A DNA stretch of 64,000 bases. Source: a virus. Lineage: Duplodnaviria > Heunggongvirae > Uroviricota > Caudoviricetes. The stretch's first letter is position 1. The number at the start of each line of letters is the position of its first letter. The notes under the pieces are model-generated. The model made no database searches. It saw only the letters and a list, made by a program, of their open reading frames with translations, and was not told where the DNA came from. Position numbers and translations under genes: made by a program. The stretch is from the IMG/VR virus record IMGVR_UViG_3300028601_000028, positions 17,878 through 81,877 of that record. One strand, written 5' to 3'. Shown here in pieces: positions 1 through 8,902 of this stretch.

Positions 1-543
1 ATTAATCCATATCATACCATCATTCGTGTTATCTATATTAGTTGCGAATCCTAGTTCTGAATCAGTTGCTATTTTTTTTAAAACTTCAAAACTAGTATTT
101 GGATAAGACGAGAATGAATTAAAATATAAATTATTAACATTCAGTATACCAACAATAGAATAAATTAGATCATTCTTTTCATTTTCTTTATTCTTTATAA
201 TATTAAAATCTAATATTTTAAAATCCATTCTAATCGGCATTAATATTTCACTATTGGATTGTATAAATAAACTTAATATCTCATTGTCAACTGGAAAAAG
301 AACATCAAATAATCTATTAGTTGGATCTCTAAATTGTACTTCTATTTTAGGCAAAAATTGATTATTATACAGTATTGTTTGTATCATGTTATTAATTTCT
401 ATAACCGTATCTCCAATTTGTAGATATGGATATTTCCCAATTTGTTCAACATAATACTTAATATCATCATCATTTGTATCACCTTCATAATCAATAACTA
501 AATCTCTTAATATTATAGAAGGTCTTTGTATAACTTTAATCAT
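1..543 (-). CDS. hypothetical protein, 3' partial at window edge (start codon ATG at 543 on minus strand); last gene of a minus-strand late-gene block
   Basis: Open frame on the minus strand from 543 to the window edge (MIKVIQRPSIILRDLVIDYEGD...). Tightly packed after ORF 544..999. No recognisable motif. Confidence 0.3.
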   Translation of the reverse strand, partial: MIKVIQRPSIILRDLVIDYEGDTNDDDIKYYVEQIGKYPYLQIGDTVIEINNMIQTILYNNQFLPKIEVQFRDPTNRLFDVLFPVDNEILSLFIQSNSEILMPIRMDFKILDFNIIKNKENEKNDLIYSIVGILNVNNLYFNSFSSYPNTSFEVLKKIATDSELGFATNIDNTNDGMIWIN

Positions 544-999
544 TTATCTAAATTTATTTATTAATTTAATTTTTTTAGAATCAAAATTAACATCTATTTG
601 TTTTAAATTATCTGGTTTTATAGTAGGTGGTGATCCTAGTCTATTCGGATCTTTTTTAGTAGTTTTATTTTTATTCATATTAAGAATTCTATCTTTTTGT
701 TCATTTGTATCTGGATCTTTATCATATAAAAAATCAAAATCACTTTTATTAGGTGGATAATAAATTATATCACCTGACTTTATTGTAAATGGATTAATAA
801 TATTATTTATAACCATTAATTCTTCTATATAATTTGTACTACCATATAGGAACATAGATATGAGATCTAATCTACCTGAATATTCATCAGTGACTACAAA
901 ATAATTAATATTTACATCATCTGACATCTTTATTGTCTTTTGAAATATGTCATAAAAATTGTTATTCATTTTTAATTTATTTAAAGAATAAAATTCCAT
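544..999 (-). CDS. LysM-like domain protein (possible baseplate/tail-associated protein)
   Basis: Central segment YFVVTDEYSGRLDLISMFLYGSTNYIEELMVINNIINPFTIKSGDIIYYP fits the LysM pattern (Y.V..gD.L..Is......l..lN.i....i..Gd.i.iP). Sits in a minus-strand structural block. Confidence 0.4.
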   Translation of the reverse strand: MEFYSLNKLKMNNNFYDIFQKTIKMSDDVNINYFVVTDEYSGRLDLISMFLYGSTNYIEELMVINNIINPFTIKSGDIIYYPPNKSDFDFLYDKDPDTNEQKDRILNMNKNKTTKKDPNRLGSPPTIKPDNLKQIDVNFDSKKIKLINKFR

Positions 1000-1004
1000 A
1001 TTAA

Positions 1005-2438
1005 TTATTTTATTTTATTATAACTTCTTTTATATTGAATACCAAGTGAATCTAAAATTTCATTTTTTCCCATGTTTCTACCTTGTGATATATCAATACT
1101 AGCAGTTATATATTTTGGAATATCATTATATTGCATATCTCCATTTAATTTAACTGTAATGTTATCAACTTTTATATTATTTAAAGATAATAATGGGGCA
1201 TATGGGTTTCCTATTGTTAAATGCCATGGTGTTGCTGCTTCACCAGTTAACATTGCAATAGAACCTCTTAATGGCCATACATATTTACCAACAGTAGATG
1301 CCAATATATTTTTTACTAAACTACCATGTAACACTTTATTTAATATAGATGTTTGTTTTTCTACAGATTCTAATCTTTTTTTATCATCTCCTGTATATGA
1401 TTCACTTCTTTCTTTTTCATCTTCTTCTCTTTTTTTCTCTTCTGCTTCTATAACTTCTTTAGATTTAGGACTAGGTTTTAATTGTCTATTAACTGCACCA
1501 AGAAATGAATTAAAAACTTCTTTAATTAAATCAATCCAAGCAGATACATCTGTTGAATTATTATTAGCACTTCTTAATTTATTTAAAATACTTGAATTTA
1601 AATTTCCGATATATCTAATATCTGATGTACCCATAGTTAATAAATTTCTAATTATATTATATGTAGATGCAGTCATATCTACCCCACCAATATATTTTTG
1701 TTCATATACAGTTTCAAAACTAATGTTAAATTTAGATGTATGTCCTACATCTTCAGTTGATCTGGTTAATGATTCTCTTAATACATTAGGATCACCAAAT
1801 GGTACTTTTGTATCAGGACTTACTAAACCAATTGTTTTAAGTATTCCAAATAATGATCCAGCTAACCATCCTGGCACAGGTGCCATTGAATCTAACCCAA
1901 TTCCAAACTCTTTAGACATCATTTGATTTATTAATAAGTGTAACATTTCATCTTTATTTTGAGTTCTCCAATTTTCATTAAATGAAAAATTTAATATCTC
2001 ATCTGAATCTGATTTTACCCACCCTACAATAACTGATACAGGTTCTACATTCATTTTAGATAAATCCTTTCTAACAACTGCCCCTTCAGGAAATCTTCTA
2101 AGTATTATTAATCTATTTAATGGGTAAACACCAATATCTCTTAAATAAGAAAAATCAGTAGGTTTTAATTTTAAACTTTTTGACATATTGCTATCACTAC
2201 CTTCTCCGTTAAAATCCTTTAATAATTGAATATATGGATTTCTGCTAGTTGCATCATATGGAGCATTTACGCTAGAACTAATATAATTTTTAACATCACC
2301 TTGTGTTATAATATAATTATTTATACCGAATGTGTCATCTTCATTTTGGTTATATCTAACATCAGTGGATTGTATTTCTCCATATTCATTAGATATATAG
2401 TTTTCCATTTCAAATAAAAACTTCATTTCATCAAACAT
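1005..2438 (-). CDS. putative virion structural protein (baseplate/tail region), 477 aa, with internal K/E-rich low-complexity linker
   Basis: Long ORF, stop/start-coupled to its neighbours. Beta-rich composition with a charged linker (EAEEKKREEDEKERSE). No catalytic motif. The structural assignment is from context only. Confidence 0.25.
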   Translation of the reverse strand: MFDEMKFLFEMENYISNEYGEIQSTDVRYNQNEDDTFGINNYIITQGDVKNYISSSVNAPYDATSRNPYIQLLKDFNGEGSDSNMSKSLKLKPTDFSYLRDIGVYPLNRLIILRRFPEGAVVRKDLSKMNVEPVSVIVGWVKSDSDEILNFSFNENWRTQNKDEMLHLLINQMMSKEFGIGLDSMAPVPGWLAGSLFGILKTIGLVSPDTKVPFGDPNVLRESLTRSTEDVGHTSKFNISFETVYEQKYIGGVDMTASTYNIIRNLLTMGTSDIRYIGNLNSSILNKLRSANNNSTDVSAWIDLIKEVFNSFLGAVNRQLKPSPKSKEVIEAEEKKREEDEKERSESYTGDDKKRLESVEKQTSILNKVLHGSLVKNILASTVGKYVWPLRGSIAMLTGEAATPWHLTIGNPYAPLLSLNNIKVDNITVKLNGDMQYNDIPKYITASIDISQGRNMGKNEILDSLGIQYKRSYNKIK

Positions 2439-2497
2439 TATAAAAATGATTAATTTTTTAATAGTGTGTAAATATAAATGTATATATAAAAATAATT

Positions 2498-2899
2498 TTA
2501 ATAACTTTTTAATATTTGAGATGCGTCAAATATATTCATGTTTGATAGAATAGATTGATATATATCTTCATCATTTTTAAATTCATCAAAAAATATTAAT
2601 ATGTTAAATTTTATATTTGAATCTAATACTTTTTTTATTTTAAAAATATCATTAACATCTAATTTTTTATTACTAAAATTGGGTATGTAATAAATATCTC
2701 TATTTTTAGAAAAAGATTGCACTATTTTATTATATATTAATAAATTAAAATAGCTTTTATAAATATCATAATTATTATGGATGTCGTATTCTTCTAATTG
2801 TTGTTTTATATCAATGATAACCTTATTTCTAATCTTATTAACTTTAACATATTTATCAAACTTTTTTTTACTTTTTGTAAACACTAAATAAAAATTCAT
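2498..2899 (-). CDS. hypothetical protein (133 aa)
   Basis: ORF with an AT-rich divergent intergenic region upstream (2900..3052). Confidence 0.3.
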   Translation of the reverse strand: MNFYLVFTKSKKKFDKYVKVNKIRNKVIIDIKQQLEEYDIHNNYDIYKSYFNLLIYNKIVQSFSKNRDIYYIPNFSNKKLDVNDIFKIKKVLDSNIKFNILIFFDEFKNDEDIYQSILSNMNIFDASQILKSY

Positions 2900-3052
2900 A
2901 TTATTAAATTATATTTTTATTATATATTGAATAGTAATAGTTCAGAATATATATTTTAAAATAAATTTAACTATAAATTAAACTTTTTATAGTATTTATA
3001 ATAAAATTATAAAAATATAAAGATAATATCTTAAAAAATTAATAGATTATGC

Positions 3053-4249
3053 ATGGCAAAGAAAAAATCAAATTCAAAAACGTTCTCGATATCACAATTA
3101 TCAGGTTTAATAGATAAAATATCAGATGAAACAGAAATAATTGTACAAGGTAATGAAGATTCTGGTTTTATTGATACTGGTGTTTATATTTTAAATGCTC
3201 TTTTTTCAAAAAGTATTTTAAATGGTGGTATTCCAGATGACAGAATAACAATATTTGCAGGTGAACCAAATACAGGTAAATCATATTTATTGTATAATAT
3301 TGCTAGAAATGCTCAAAAAAGAGGAGACTTTATAGTATTTATTGACACTGAACATTCTGTTAGTAAATCTACATTACAATCATTCGGTATTGATTCAAGT
3401 CCTGAAAAATTAAAACTTATATCTTCTAATAAAGTTGAAGATTTAAAAATATTCCTAACCAAATTTCTAGATGGTCTTAAACAAGAGAAAAAATCAGGAT
3501 CAGAAATTCCTAAAATTATAATTTTATTAGATAGTATAGGTCAATTAGCATCAGAAAAAGAAATTGAAGATGCTAAAGAAGGTAAAAACAAAGCTGATAT
3601 GACAAGAGCTAAAGCTATTAAACAATTGTTCAGAATTATTAACTCTGATTTAGGATATTTAGGAATTCCAATGGTAGCAACAAACCATACTTATCAAGAT
3701 ACTAGTTCATTTTTCCCTGTTCCAGTTATGGCAGGTGGAAAAGGAGCAGAATATTCAGCATCTACTATTATATTTTTAAGTACTGCTAAATTAAAAACTG
3801 GCAGAGAAGATGACTTAGATTTAAGTTCAACTGGTGTATTGGTTACAGCACAAGCAAAGAAAAACAGACTAGCTAAACCTAAGAAAGTTAAATTTGAAAT
3901 TGATCATAGTTATGGTACAAATCCATATAAAGGATTAGAATTTTTCTTTACTCCACAAAATTTTGAAAATTTAGGTGTAGCAAAAGGAAAATTAAACGAT
4001 AAGGGTGAGTTTGAACCAGGTGGAACAAGATGGTATATTAAACATTTAAATAAATCGGTTTTTGAAAAACAATTATTTACATCAGAAGTTTTTACGAAAG
4101 AATTATTAGAAAAATTAGAACCAATAATTTATAAATATTTTGATTACTCATCATTTGAAGAACAAGAATTATTTTTATCTAAAATGGACGAGCATGGAGA
4201 AGATTTAGATGCAGATTTTGATGATATTGATAATGATGATTTATTTTAA
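3053..4249 (+). CDS. uvsX: UvsX-type RecA-like recombinase
   Basis: Walker A GEPNTGKS. The block IDSIGQLASEKEIEDAKEGKNKADMTRAKAIKQLFRII...GIPMVATNHTY aligns closely with T4 UvsX (IDSLGNLASKKETEDAL..SDMTRAKTMKSLFRIV...IPCIAINHTY). Acidic C-tail as in UvsX. Confidence 0.85.
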   Translation: MAKKKSNSKTFSISQLSGLIDKISDETEIIVQGNEDSGFIDTGVYILNALFSKSILNGGIPDDRITIFAGEPNTGKSYLLYNIARNAQKRGDFIVFIDTEHSVSKSTLQSFGIDSSPEKLKLISSNKVEDLKIFLTKFLDGLKQEKKSGSEIPKIIILLDSIGQLASEKEIEDAKEGKNKADMTRAKAIKQLFRIINSDLGYLGIPMVATNHTYQDTSSFFPVPVMAGGKGAEYSASTIIFLSTAKLKTGREDDLDLSSTGVLVTAQAKKNRLAKPKKVKFEIDHSYGTNPYKGLEFFFTPQNFENLGVAKGKLNDKGEFEPGGTRWYIKHLNKSVFEKQLFTSEVFTKELLEKLEPIIYKYFDYSSFEEQELFLSKMDEHGEDLDADFDDIDNDDLF

Positions 4250-4270
4250 TAAAATTTTAAAAATTAAAAA

Positions 4271-4984
4271 ATGGGAGCTAATACAAATTTAGAAAAATTA
4301 TTTTTTGCCAAGATCTTAGAAGAACCTAATCAATTTTATAAAGTAGAATCAAAATACTTTGAAAATGAATTGATTAGGTTTGTATATGATGTTATTAGAG
4401 AATATTATATAAATTCAAAAGATAAAATTGTACCTAGTCCAAAACAAGTTTGGTCTATGGTAAGTTTACAAGATGATAAAAAATTAGTTTCAAAAGAAGC
4501 TTTAAAATCATTGTTTACAGAAACAACACAAGATATAACTGATGAATGGTTAGATAGATCATTTAAAGCATGGAAATCATCAAAATATACAAGAGATAAA
4601 ATTTATGAATCCATTGATATTATAAAAAACATGGATGAAGTAAATTATGACAATGTTATGGATATTGTCGGTAGATTAAAAAAGAATTTTAGTGAGATAG
4701 ATATTATATCAAATGATGATGAAGATTTAGGGGGAGATTTTGATGATCCAGAAGAACATAAACAATTGATATCATTAAGAAAAATACCGACAGGATGGTC
4801 AAATTTAGATAAAATATTAGGTGGTGGATGGGATCATGCTACTTTTAACATAATAATGGGAGAAACTAATGTGGGTAAGTGTCTTATTTTCAACACTTTA
4901 ATAAAAATTAAAAACAAAAAAACTAATAAAATCGAAAAAATAAAAATTGGTGATTTTTTTAATATGATAAAAAAATCTTCCTAA
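4271..4984 (+). CDS. replicative DnaB-like helicase (T4 gp41-type), N-terminal fragment ending in a short split-intein N-piece
   Basis: DnaB/gp41 N-domain. Walker A GETNVGK is immediately followed by Cys204 and an intein block-A-like CLIFNTLIKIKNKKTNKIEKIKIGDF, then a stop. The rest of the helicase continues at 6543 in another frame. Confidence 0.8.
   Translation: MGANTNLEKLFFAKILEEPNQFYKVESKYFENELIRFVYDVIREYYINSKDKIVPSPKQVWSMVSLQDDKKLVSKEALKSLFTETTQDITDEWLDRSFKAWKSSKYTRDKIYESIDIIKNMDEVNYDNVMDIVGRLKKNFSEIDIISNDDEDLGGDFDDPEEHKQLISLRKIPTGWSNLDKILGGGWDHATFNIIMGETNVGKCLIFNTLIKIKNKKTNKIEKIKIGDFFNMIKKSS
4880..4984 (+). mobile_element. split intein N-fragment (34 aa, atypically short) inserted in the helicase P-loop
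   Basis: Starts with Cys directly after NVGK, where T4 gp41 has NVGKS. Block A-like sequence, followed by a stop codon. Confidence 0.6.
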
Positions 4985-5019
4985 ATTGGATTCACTTATT
5001 TTTATATATAAAAGTAAAA

Positions 5020-6138
5020 ATGATTATGAAATGTAAAATTTGTAATAATGAATCTAAAGATATTAGAGGATTATCTATTCATTTAGTAAAAAAACACCAT
5101 TTTAATAAAAATGATATTAAAAATTATTATGATAAATATTTAAAAAAAGATAATGAAGGTAAATGTTATTTTTGTGGAAAAAATTCAATTTTTAAAGATT
5201 TATCTAATGGATATCATAATATATGTGATTCTAAAGAATGTTTAGGTAAAACAAGAGCAACAGGTACATATGAATTTTTAATGTATAAATATAATTTATC
5301 AAAAGATGATGCTATAAAAATGATGAATGAAAGAGCATCTGAAAGAGGCAAAAAAATTAAAAAATCATTAAATGAAAAATTTGAAAATAATAAAAATTTT
5401 TTTAAAGAAAGATCACATCAATCAATTAACTACTGGCTGAAAAGAGGATATTCTGAAGATGATGCTAAAATAAAAGTTAAGAAAGTTACTGATATGATAC
5501 ATGAAAAAACATGGAAAAAGAGAAGAGAATATCCAGAATTATATGATGATGTTAGTCCAACACAATTAAAATATTGGTTAAAAAAAGGATATAATGAAGA
5601 AGAAGCAAAAGAAAAAGTAAAAGATAGACAAAGAACTTTTACATTAGAAAAATGTATTAAAAAATATGGTGAAGACGATGGTATAGATATTTGGATAAAA
5701 AGAAATAAAAGATGGTCTAAAAAAATGAAAGATATTTTATTAAAAAATGGAAATTATAAACAAGACTCATCAAATTTAGAAAAAATTTTTATAAATGATA
5801 TTTTAAATGAAACGAATATTAATGAATATAATTGTTATATAAATAAGCAATTTATAATATTTTGTAATAGTGATTTTTATTACACTTATGATTTCAAGTA
5901 TAATAATAAAATAATAGAATTCAATGGTGATTACTGGCATTGTAATCCTATTAAATATGATATGGATTATTTTAATATGAGAAAACAAATGTATGCTAAA
6001 GATATATGGATATATGATAAATTAAAAATTCAAAAAGCTAAAAAAGAAGGATATGATGTATTAGTTATATGGGAAAGTGATTATAAGAAAAATAAAGAAA
6101 AAATTATACAAGAATGTGTAAATTTTTTAAACAAATAA
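5020..6138 (+). CDS. free-standing homing-endonuclease-like protein (Zn-finger N-terminus, Vsr/DUF559-like PD-(D/E)xK C-domain) lying between the two helicase halves
   Basis: CxxC...CxxC motifs at the N-terminus. Repeated YWLKRGYSEDDAK-type helices. C-terminal FDFKYNNKIIEFNGDYWHCNP...GYDVLVIWESDY resembles Vsr (GCFWH...VWE). Paralogous to 8903..9883 and 25733..26791. Confidence 0.7.
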   Translation: MIMKCKICNNESKDIRGLSIHLVKKHHFNKNDIKNYYDKYLKKDNEGKCYFCGKNSIFKDLSNGYHNICDSKECLGKTRATGTYEFLMYKYNLSKDDAIKMMNERASERGKKIKKSLNEKFENNKNFFKERSHQSINYWLKRGYSEDDAKIKVKKVTDMIHEKTWKKRREYPELYDDVSPTQLKYWLKKGYNEEEAKEKVKDRQRTFTLEKCIKKYGEDDGIDIWIKRNKRWSKKMKDILLKNGNYKQDSSNLEKIFINDILNETNINEYNCYINKQFIIFCNSDFYYTYDFKYNNKIIEFNGDYWHCNPIKYDMDYFNMRKQMYAKDIWIYDKLKIQKAKKEGYDVLVIWESDYKKNKEKIIQECVNFLNK

Positions 6139-6176
6139 GAGATAATATTATAAAATATAAAAACAAAATTGTATAA

Positions 6177-6542
6177 ATGATAAGTGACAATACATATAAA
6201 AAATTTATAGAAACATTTGATGTATCAGATTGGCAAATAGAAACCGATACGGGATGGGAAGATATAAAAGAAGTTGGTAAAACAATTGAATATGATGAAT
6301 GGGTAGTAAAAACAGAAGATGGTTTAGAATTAATTTGTGCGGATGAACATATTTTATTTGATAAAAATTATAATGAAATATATGTAAAAAATTTAAAAAT
6401 AGGGGATTATATTTTATCAAAAAATGGTATTTCTAAAATAAAAGAAGTATATAAAACTGATAAAAAGTCAAATATGTATGACTTGTCTTTGTCTGATGAT
6501 TCAAATCGTAGATATTATACAAATGATATTTTATCTCACAAT
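6177..6542 (+). mobile_element. split intein C-fragment (IntC) of the helicase intein
   Basis: Ends ...TNDILSHN with +1 Ser at 6543. Block B and block F/G-like motifs present. Confidence 0.6.
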
Positions 6543-7271
6543 TCAATGTGGTTACAAAATATGGCTGCTAAAATGGCAGATAGTGGATATAATGTTGTTT
6601 ACATAACATTAGAGATGGCAAAATATAAATGTATTAAGCGTTTAGGTGCAATGAGATTAAAAATTGATATTGATGAATATGATACAATAAGTAAAGATAG
6701 TACATTTATTAAAAATAAAATAAACGAATTAAAAACAATGGCATCGTCAAATAAATTATTTGATGGTGGTAAGGTTGGTAAATTATATGTTAAAAAATTT
6801 CCAACTAGTGATTGTACAGTAACAGATTTAGAAAATTATGTTAAAAAATTTCAAGAAACAAAAAATATAAAATTAGATGCAATCGTAGTAGATTACATTA
6901 ATATTATGTCAATTGAGAAAGGTTATAATTTAGACACTATGTTATATCTTAAAGGTAAACATTTAGCAGAAGGATTAAGAAGATTAGCTGATAAGTGTGA
7001 TGTTGCTGTTATTACAGCTACACAAGTTGATAAATCAGTATGGGGAGCAAATGATATTAATTTAGATGATATACCAGAAAGTAAAGCAATAGCAGAAGCA
7101 GCGGATTCTGTTTGGGCAATAATTAGAAACCCTTCTATGAAAAAAGAAAATACATATAGATTAAAAATATTAAAATTAAGAGATGGTGAACATCATGAGG
7201 AACAAGTGAAATTTGATTTTAATACTAAATATTTAACAATGGATAATGATATATTATTTGGATCAAAATAA
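6177..7271 (+). CDS. split-intein C-fragment (122 aa) fused to the C-terminal part of the gp41/DnaB-like helicase
   Basis: Intein block B-like GLELICADEHILF and terminal ILSHN. This is followed by SMWLQNMAAKMADSGYNVVYITLEMAKYKCIKRLGAMRL, which aligns with T4 gp41 S-LGLCSLAADYLQLGHNVLYISMEMAEEVCAKRIDANML, the sequence directly after the Walker A motif. Confidence 0.8.
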   Translation: MISDNTYKKFIETFDVSDWQIETDTGWEDIKEVGKTIEYDEWVVKTEDGLELICADEHILFDKNYNEIYVKNLKIGDYILSKNGISKIKEVYKTDKKSNMYDLSLSDDSNRRYYTNDILSHNSMWLQNMAAKMADSGYNVVYITLEMAKYKCIKRLGAMRLKIDIDEYDTISKDSTFIKNKINELKTMASSNKLFDGGKVGKLYVKKFPTSDCTVTDLENYVKKFQETKNIKLDAIVVDYINIMSIEKGYNLDTMLYLKGKHLAEGLRRLADKCDVAVITATQVDKSVWGANDINLDDIPESKAIAEAADSVWAIIRNPSMKKENTYRLKILKLRDGEHHEEQVKFDFNTKYLTMDNDILFGSK

Positions 7272-7287
7272 AAAATAATAAATTGAA

Positions 7288-7974
7288 ATGAGTGATGATA
7301 AAAATTACATAAATTTTGATGACGATTTAAATCAATATGATATAGATGAAGAATCAAATATTAGTAATGATAATATAGAAGAAGATAATAATATTGATGT
7401 TGATGATGATATTATAAATAATGATGATGATAATGATTTTATTGACATTGATGATGTATCTGATATAGAGGATTGTGAAAATTTTGATCTAATTTATAAA
7501 TTTAATACTAATAAACATAGGCAAGAAGGTAAACATAGATTACAAAGAGATACTATTTTTAAAGGCAAATTAGATAAAAAAGAAAATGAAGATAATATAA
7601 GTAACAGTCATATAGATAATGATTATGATAATATTAATATATTTGATATTCATAATGATAGTGATGATTATTTAAGTACAAATGACTTAACTAAAGATGT
7701 CTATGATATACTAGATAAAAATACAGATTTAGATTTTAAACAAAATAGAAGAAAACCAAATAAAGAGGTTTTTAATAATTATTATAATTTATTAATAAGA
7801 GAATTAGGATACAGATATACAAGATCAGAGATATTTGTTGAATTATCATATTATTTTACAGATAACATATTTAATATGTTTAAACTTTTAGATAAAAAAC
7901 CAGCTACATATATAATTAAAGAATTAACACAAAAAGGATTTTTAAAAAACCTTAATGGTATTAATTTTTTATAA
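7288..7974 (+). CDS. highly acidic D/N/E-rich protein with a structured C-terminal domain
   Basis: The first ~150 aa are dominated by D, N, E and I (DDDLNQYDIDEESNISNDNIEEDNNIDVDDD). The C-terminal 80 aa are non-repetitive. Confidence 0.4.
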   Translation: MSDDKNYINFDDDLNQYDIDEESNISNDNIEEDNNIDVDDDIINNDDDNDFIDIDDVSDIEDCENFDLIYKFNTNKHRQEGKHRLQRDTIFKGKLDKKENEDNISNSHIDNDYDNINIFDIHNDSDDYLSTNDLTKDVYDILDKNTDLDFKQNRRKPNKEVFNNYYNLLIRELGYRYTRSEIFVELSYYFTDNIFNMFKLLDKKPATYIIKELTQKGFLKNLNGINFL

Positions 7975-7981
7975 AAATAAA

Positions 7982-7989
7982 TATAAATA
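7982..7989 (+). promoter_or_regulatory. T4 late-promoter-like TATAAATA box about 4 nt upstream of the nrdJ start
   Basis: Exact TATAAATA octamer at 7982..7989, ahead of the ATG at 7993. Matches are expected by chance in AT-rich DNA, so this is weak. Confidence 0.2.
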
Positions 7990-7992
7990 TAA

Positions 7993-8847
7993 ATGAATAA
8001 ATACAATAGAAAAGAAGTAGAAAAAAATACATTAGATTATTTTAAAGGTGATTCTTTAGCTACTGAAGTATGGATAAATAAATATGCATTAAAAGATTCA
8101 GATGGAAATATTTATGAATTAACACCAGATGATATGCACAAAAGATTATCTAAAGAACTAAATAGAATTGAAAATAAATATCCTAATCCATTATCAGAAG
8201 ATTTAATTTATAATCTATTAAAAGATTTTAAATATATTATCCCACAAGGAGGTCCGATGTCAGGTATAGGTAATGATTTACAAATTGTTAGTTTATCAAA
8301 TTGTTTTGTGACTGGAAATGAAAGTGATAGTTATGGTGGTATATGCAGAACTGATGAACAACAAGTACAATTAATGAAAAGAAGAGGTGGTGTAGGTCAT
8401 GATTTATCACATATTAGACCAAAAGGATCACCCGTTAAAAACTCTGCACTAACATCAACAGGAGTTGTTCCTTTTATGGAAAGATATTCTAATTCAACAA
8501 GAGAAGTAGCACAAGATGGTCGTAGAGGTGCACTCATGTTAAGTTGTTTTGCACCAGATACATTCGTATTAGTTGATTATGGTTGGGATAAAATTATTAA
8601 TGTTATTAATAAAATAAAAAACGGAGAAAAAATAAAAGCATGGACACATAATGGTTTTAAAAATATAACAGATATTCAGGAATTTATTAATAGAGATGTT
8701 TATGAAATTGAATGTGAAAATGGCAAAAAGATAGTTGTAACACCAGATCACGAATTTCAAGTTAGAAATAAAAATACAAAAAAAGAATATTTAAAAGCTA
8801 TTATTGATGTTGATATAGAAAACGAAGAATTAGTATTCTTTTTTTAA
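7993..8847 (+). CDS. nrdJ: class II (adenosylcobalamin-type) ribonucleotide reductase NrdJ, N-terminal fragment ending in a split-intein N-piece
   Basis: NrdJ-like N-terminus (KYALKDSDGN..E, GGVGHDLSHIRPKGS). The extein stops at GALMLS. Cys185 then begins an intein with block A CFAPDTFVLVDYGW and block B KKIVVTPDHEF, which runs into a stop. Confidence 0.75.
   Translation: MNKYNRKEVEKNTLDYFKGDSLATEVWINKYALKDSDGNIYELTPDDMHKRLSKELNRIENKYPNPLSEDLIYNLLKDFKYIIPQGGPMSGIGNDLQIVSLSNCFVTGNESDSYGGICRTDEQQVQLMKRRGGVGHDLSHIRPKGSPVKNSALTSTGVVPFMERYSNSTREVAQDGRRGALMLSCFAPDTFVLVDYGWDKIINVINKIKNGEKIKAWTHNGFKNITDIQEFINRDVYEIECENGKKIVVTPDHEFQVRNKNTKKEYLKAIIDVDIENEELVFFF
8545..8847 (+). mobile_element. split intein N-fragment (100 aa) in nrdJ
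   Basis: Intein blocks A and B with the T..H motif. Starts with Cys and ends at a stop codon, with no C-terminal splicing motifs in this ORF. Confidence 0.6.
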
Positions 8848-8862
8848 AAAAAACAAATTCGG

Positions 8863-8896
8863 GGTGTTTTATTTTTATATATAACAATAAAACACC
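8863..8896 (+). other. stem-loop (ggtgttttatt / aataaaacacc) between the nrdJ IntN stop and the endonuclease ORF
   Basis: Perfect 11-bp inverted repeat with a 12-nt loop. It is not followed by a T-tract, so it is not a classic terminator. Confidence 0.35.
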
Positions 8897-8902
8897 TTAA
8901 AA

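Noticed and set aside
1072-1926. 284-aa plus-strand ORF inside the 1005..2438 minus-strand gene, and similar antisense ORFs elsewhere: 2226..2417, 5803..5988, 6205..6420, 8569..8760, 8962..9441, 13051..13395, 15917..16165, 23953..24153, 25031..25345, 25216..25479, 27824..28135, 33953..34228, 34505..34732, 36492..36683, 43627..43872, 47409..47624, 50695..50997, 51006..51290, 52134..52358, 52943..53176, 54429..54668, 56746..56943, 56946..57170, 58114..58332, 59040..59273, 59436..59642, 60836..61060, 61213..61566.
   Set aside because: These are shadow ORFs expected in roughly 25% GC DNA. Their translations are low-complexity I/L/F/S/Y-rich strings with no motifs. Each lies fully inside a longer ORF on the opposite strand that has clear homology or better coding character.
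4271-7271. Group I intron (rather than intein) explanation for the interrupted helicase, NrdJ and TerL genes
   Set aside because: The interruptions begin with Cys and contain intein blocks A/B and terminal (S)HN/N at the protein level, exactly at the extein junction residues (S/C/T +1). The flanking pieces are in different frames with stop codons. This fits protein splicing, not RNA splicing, although I cannot exclude additional RNA processing.
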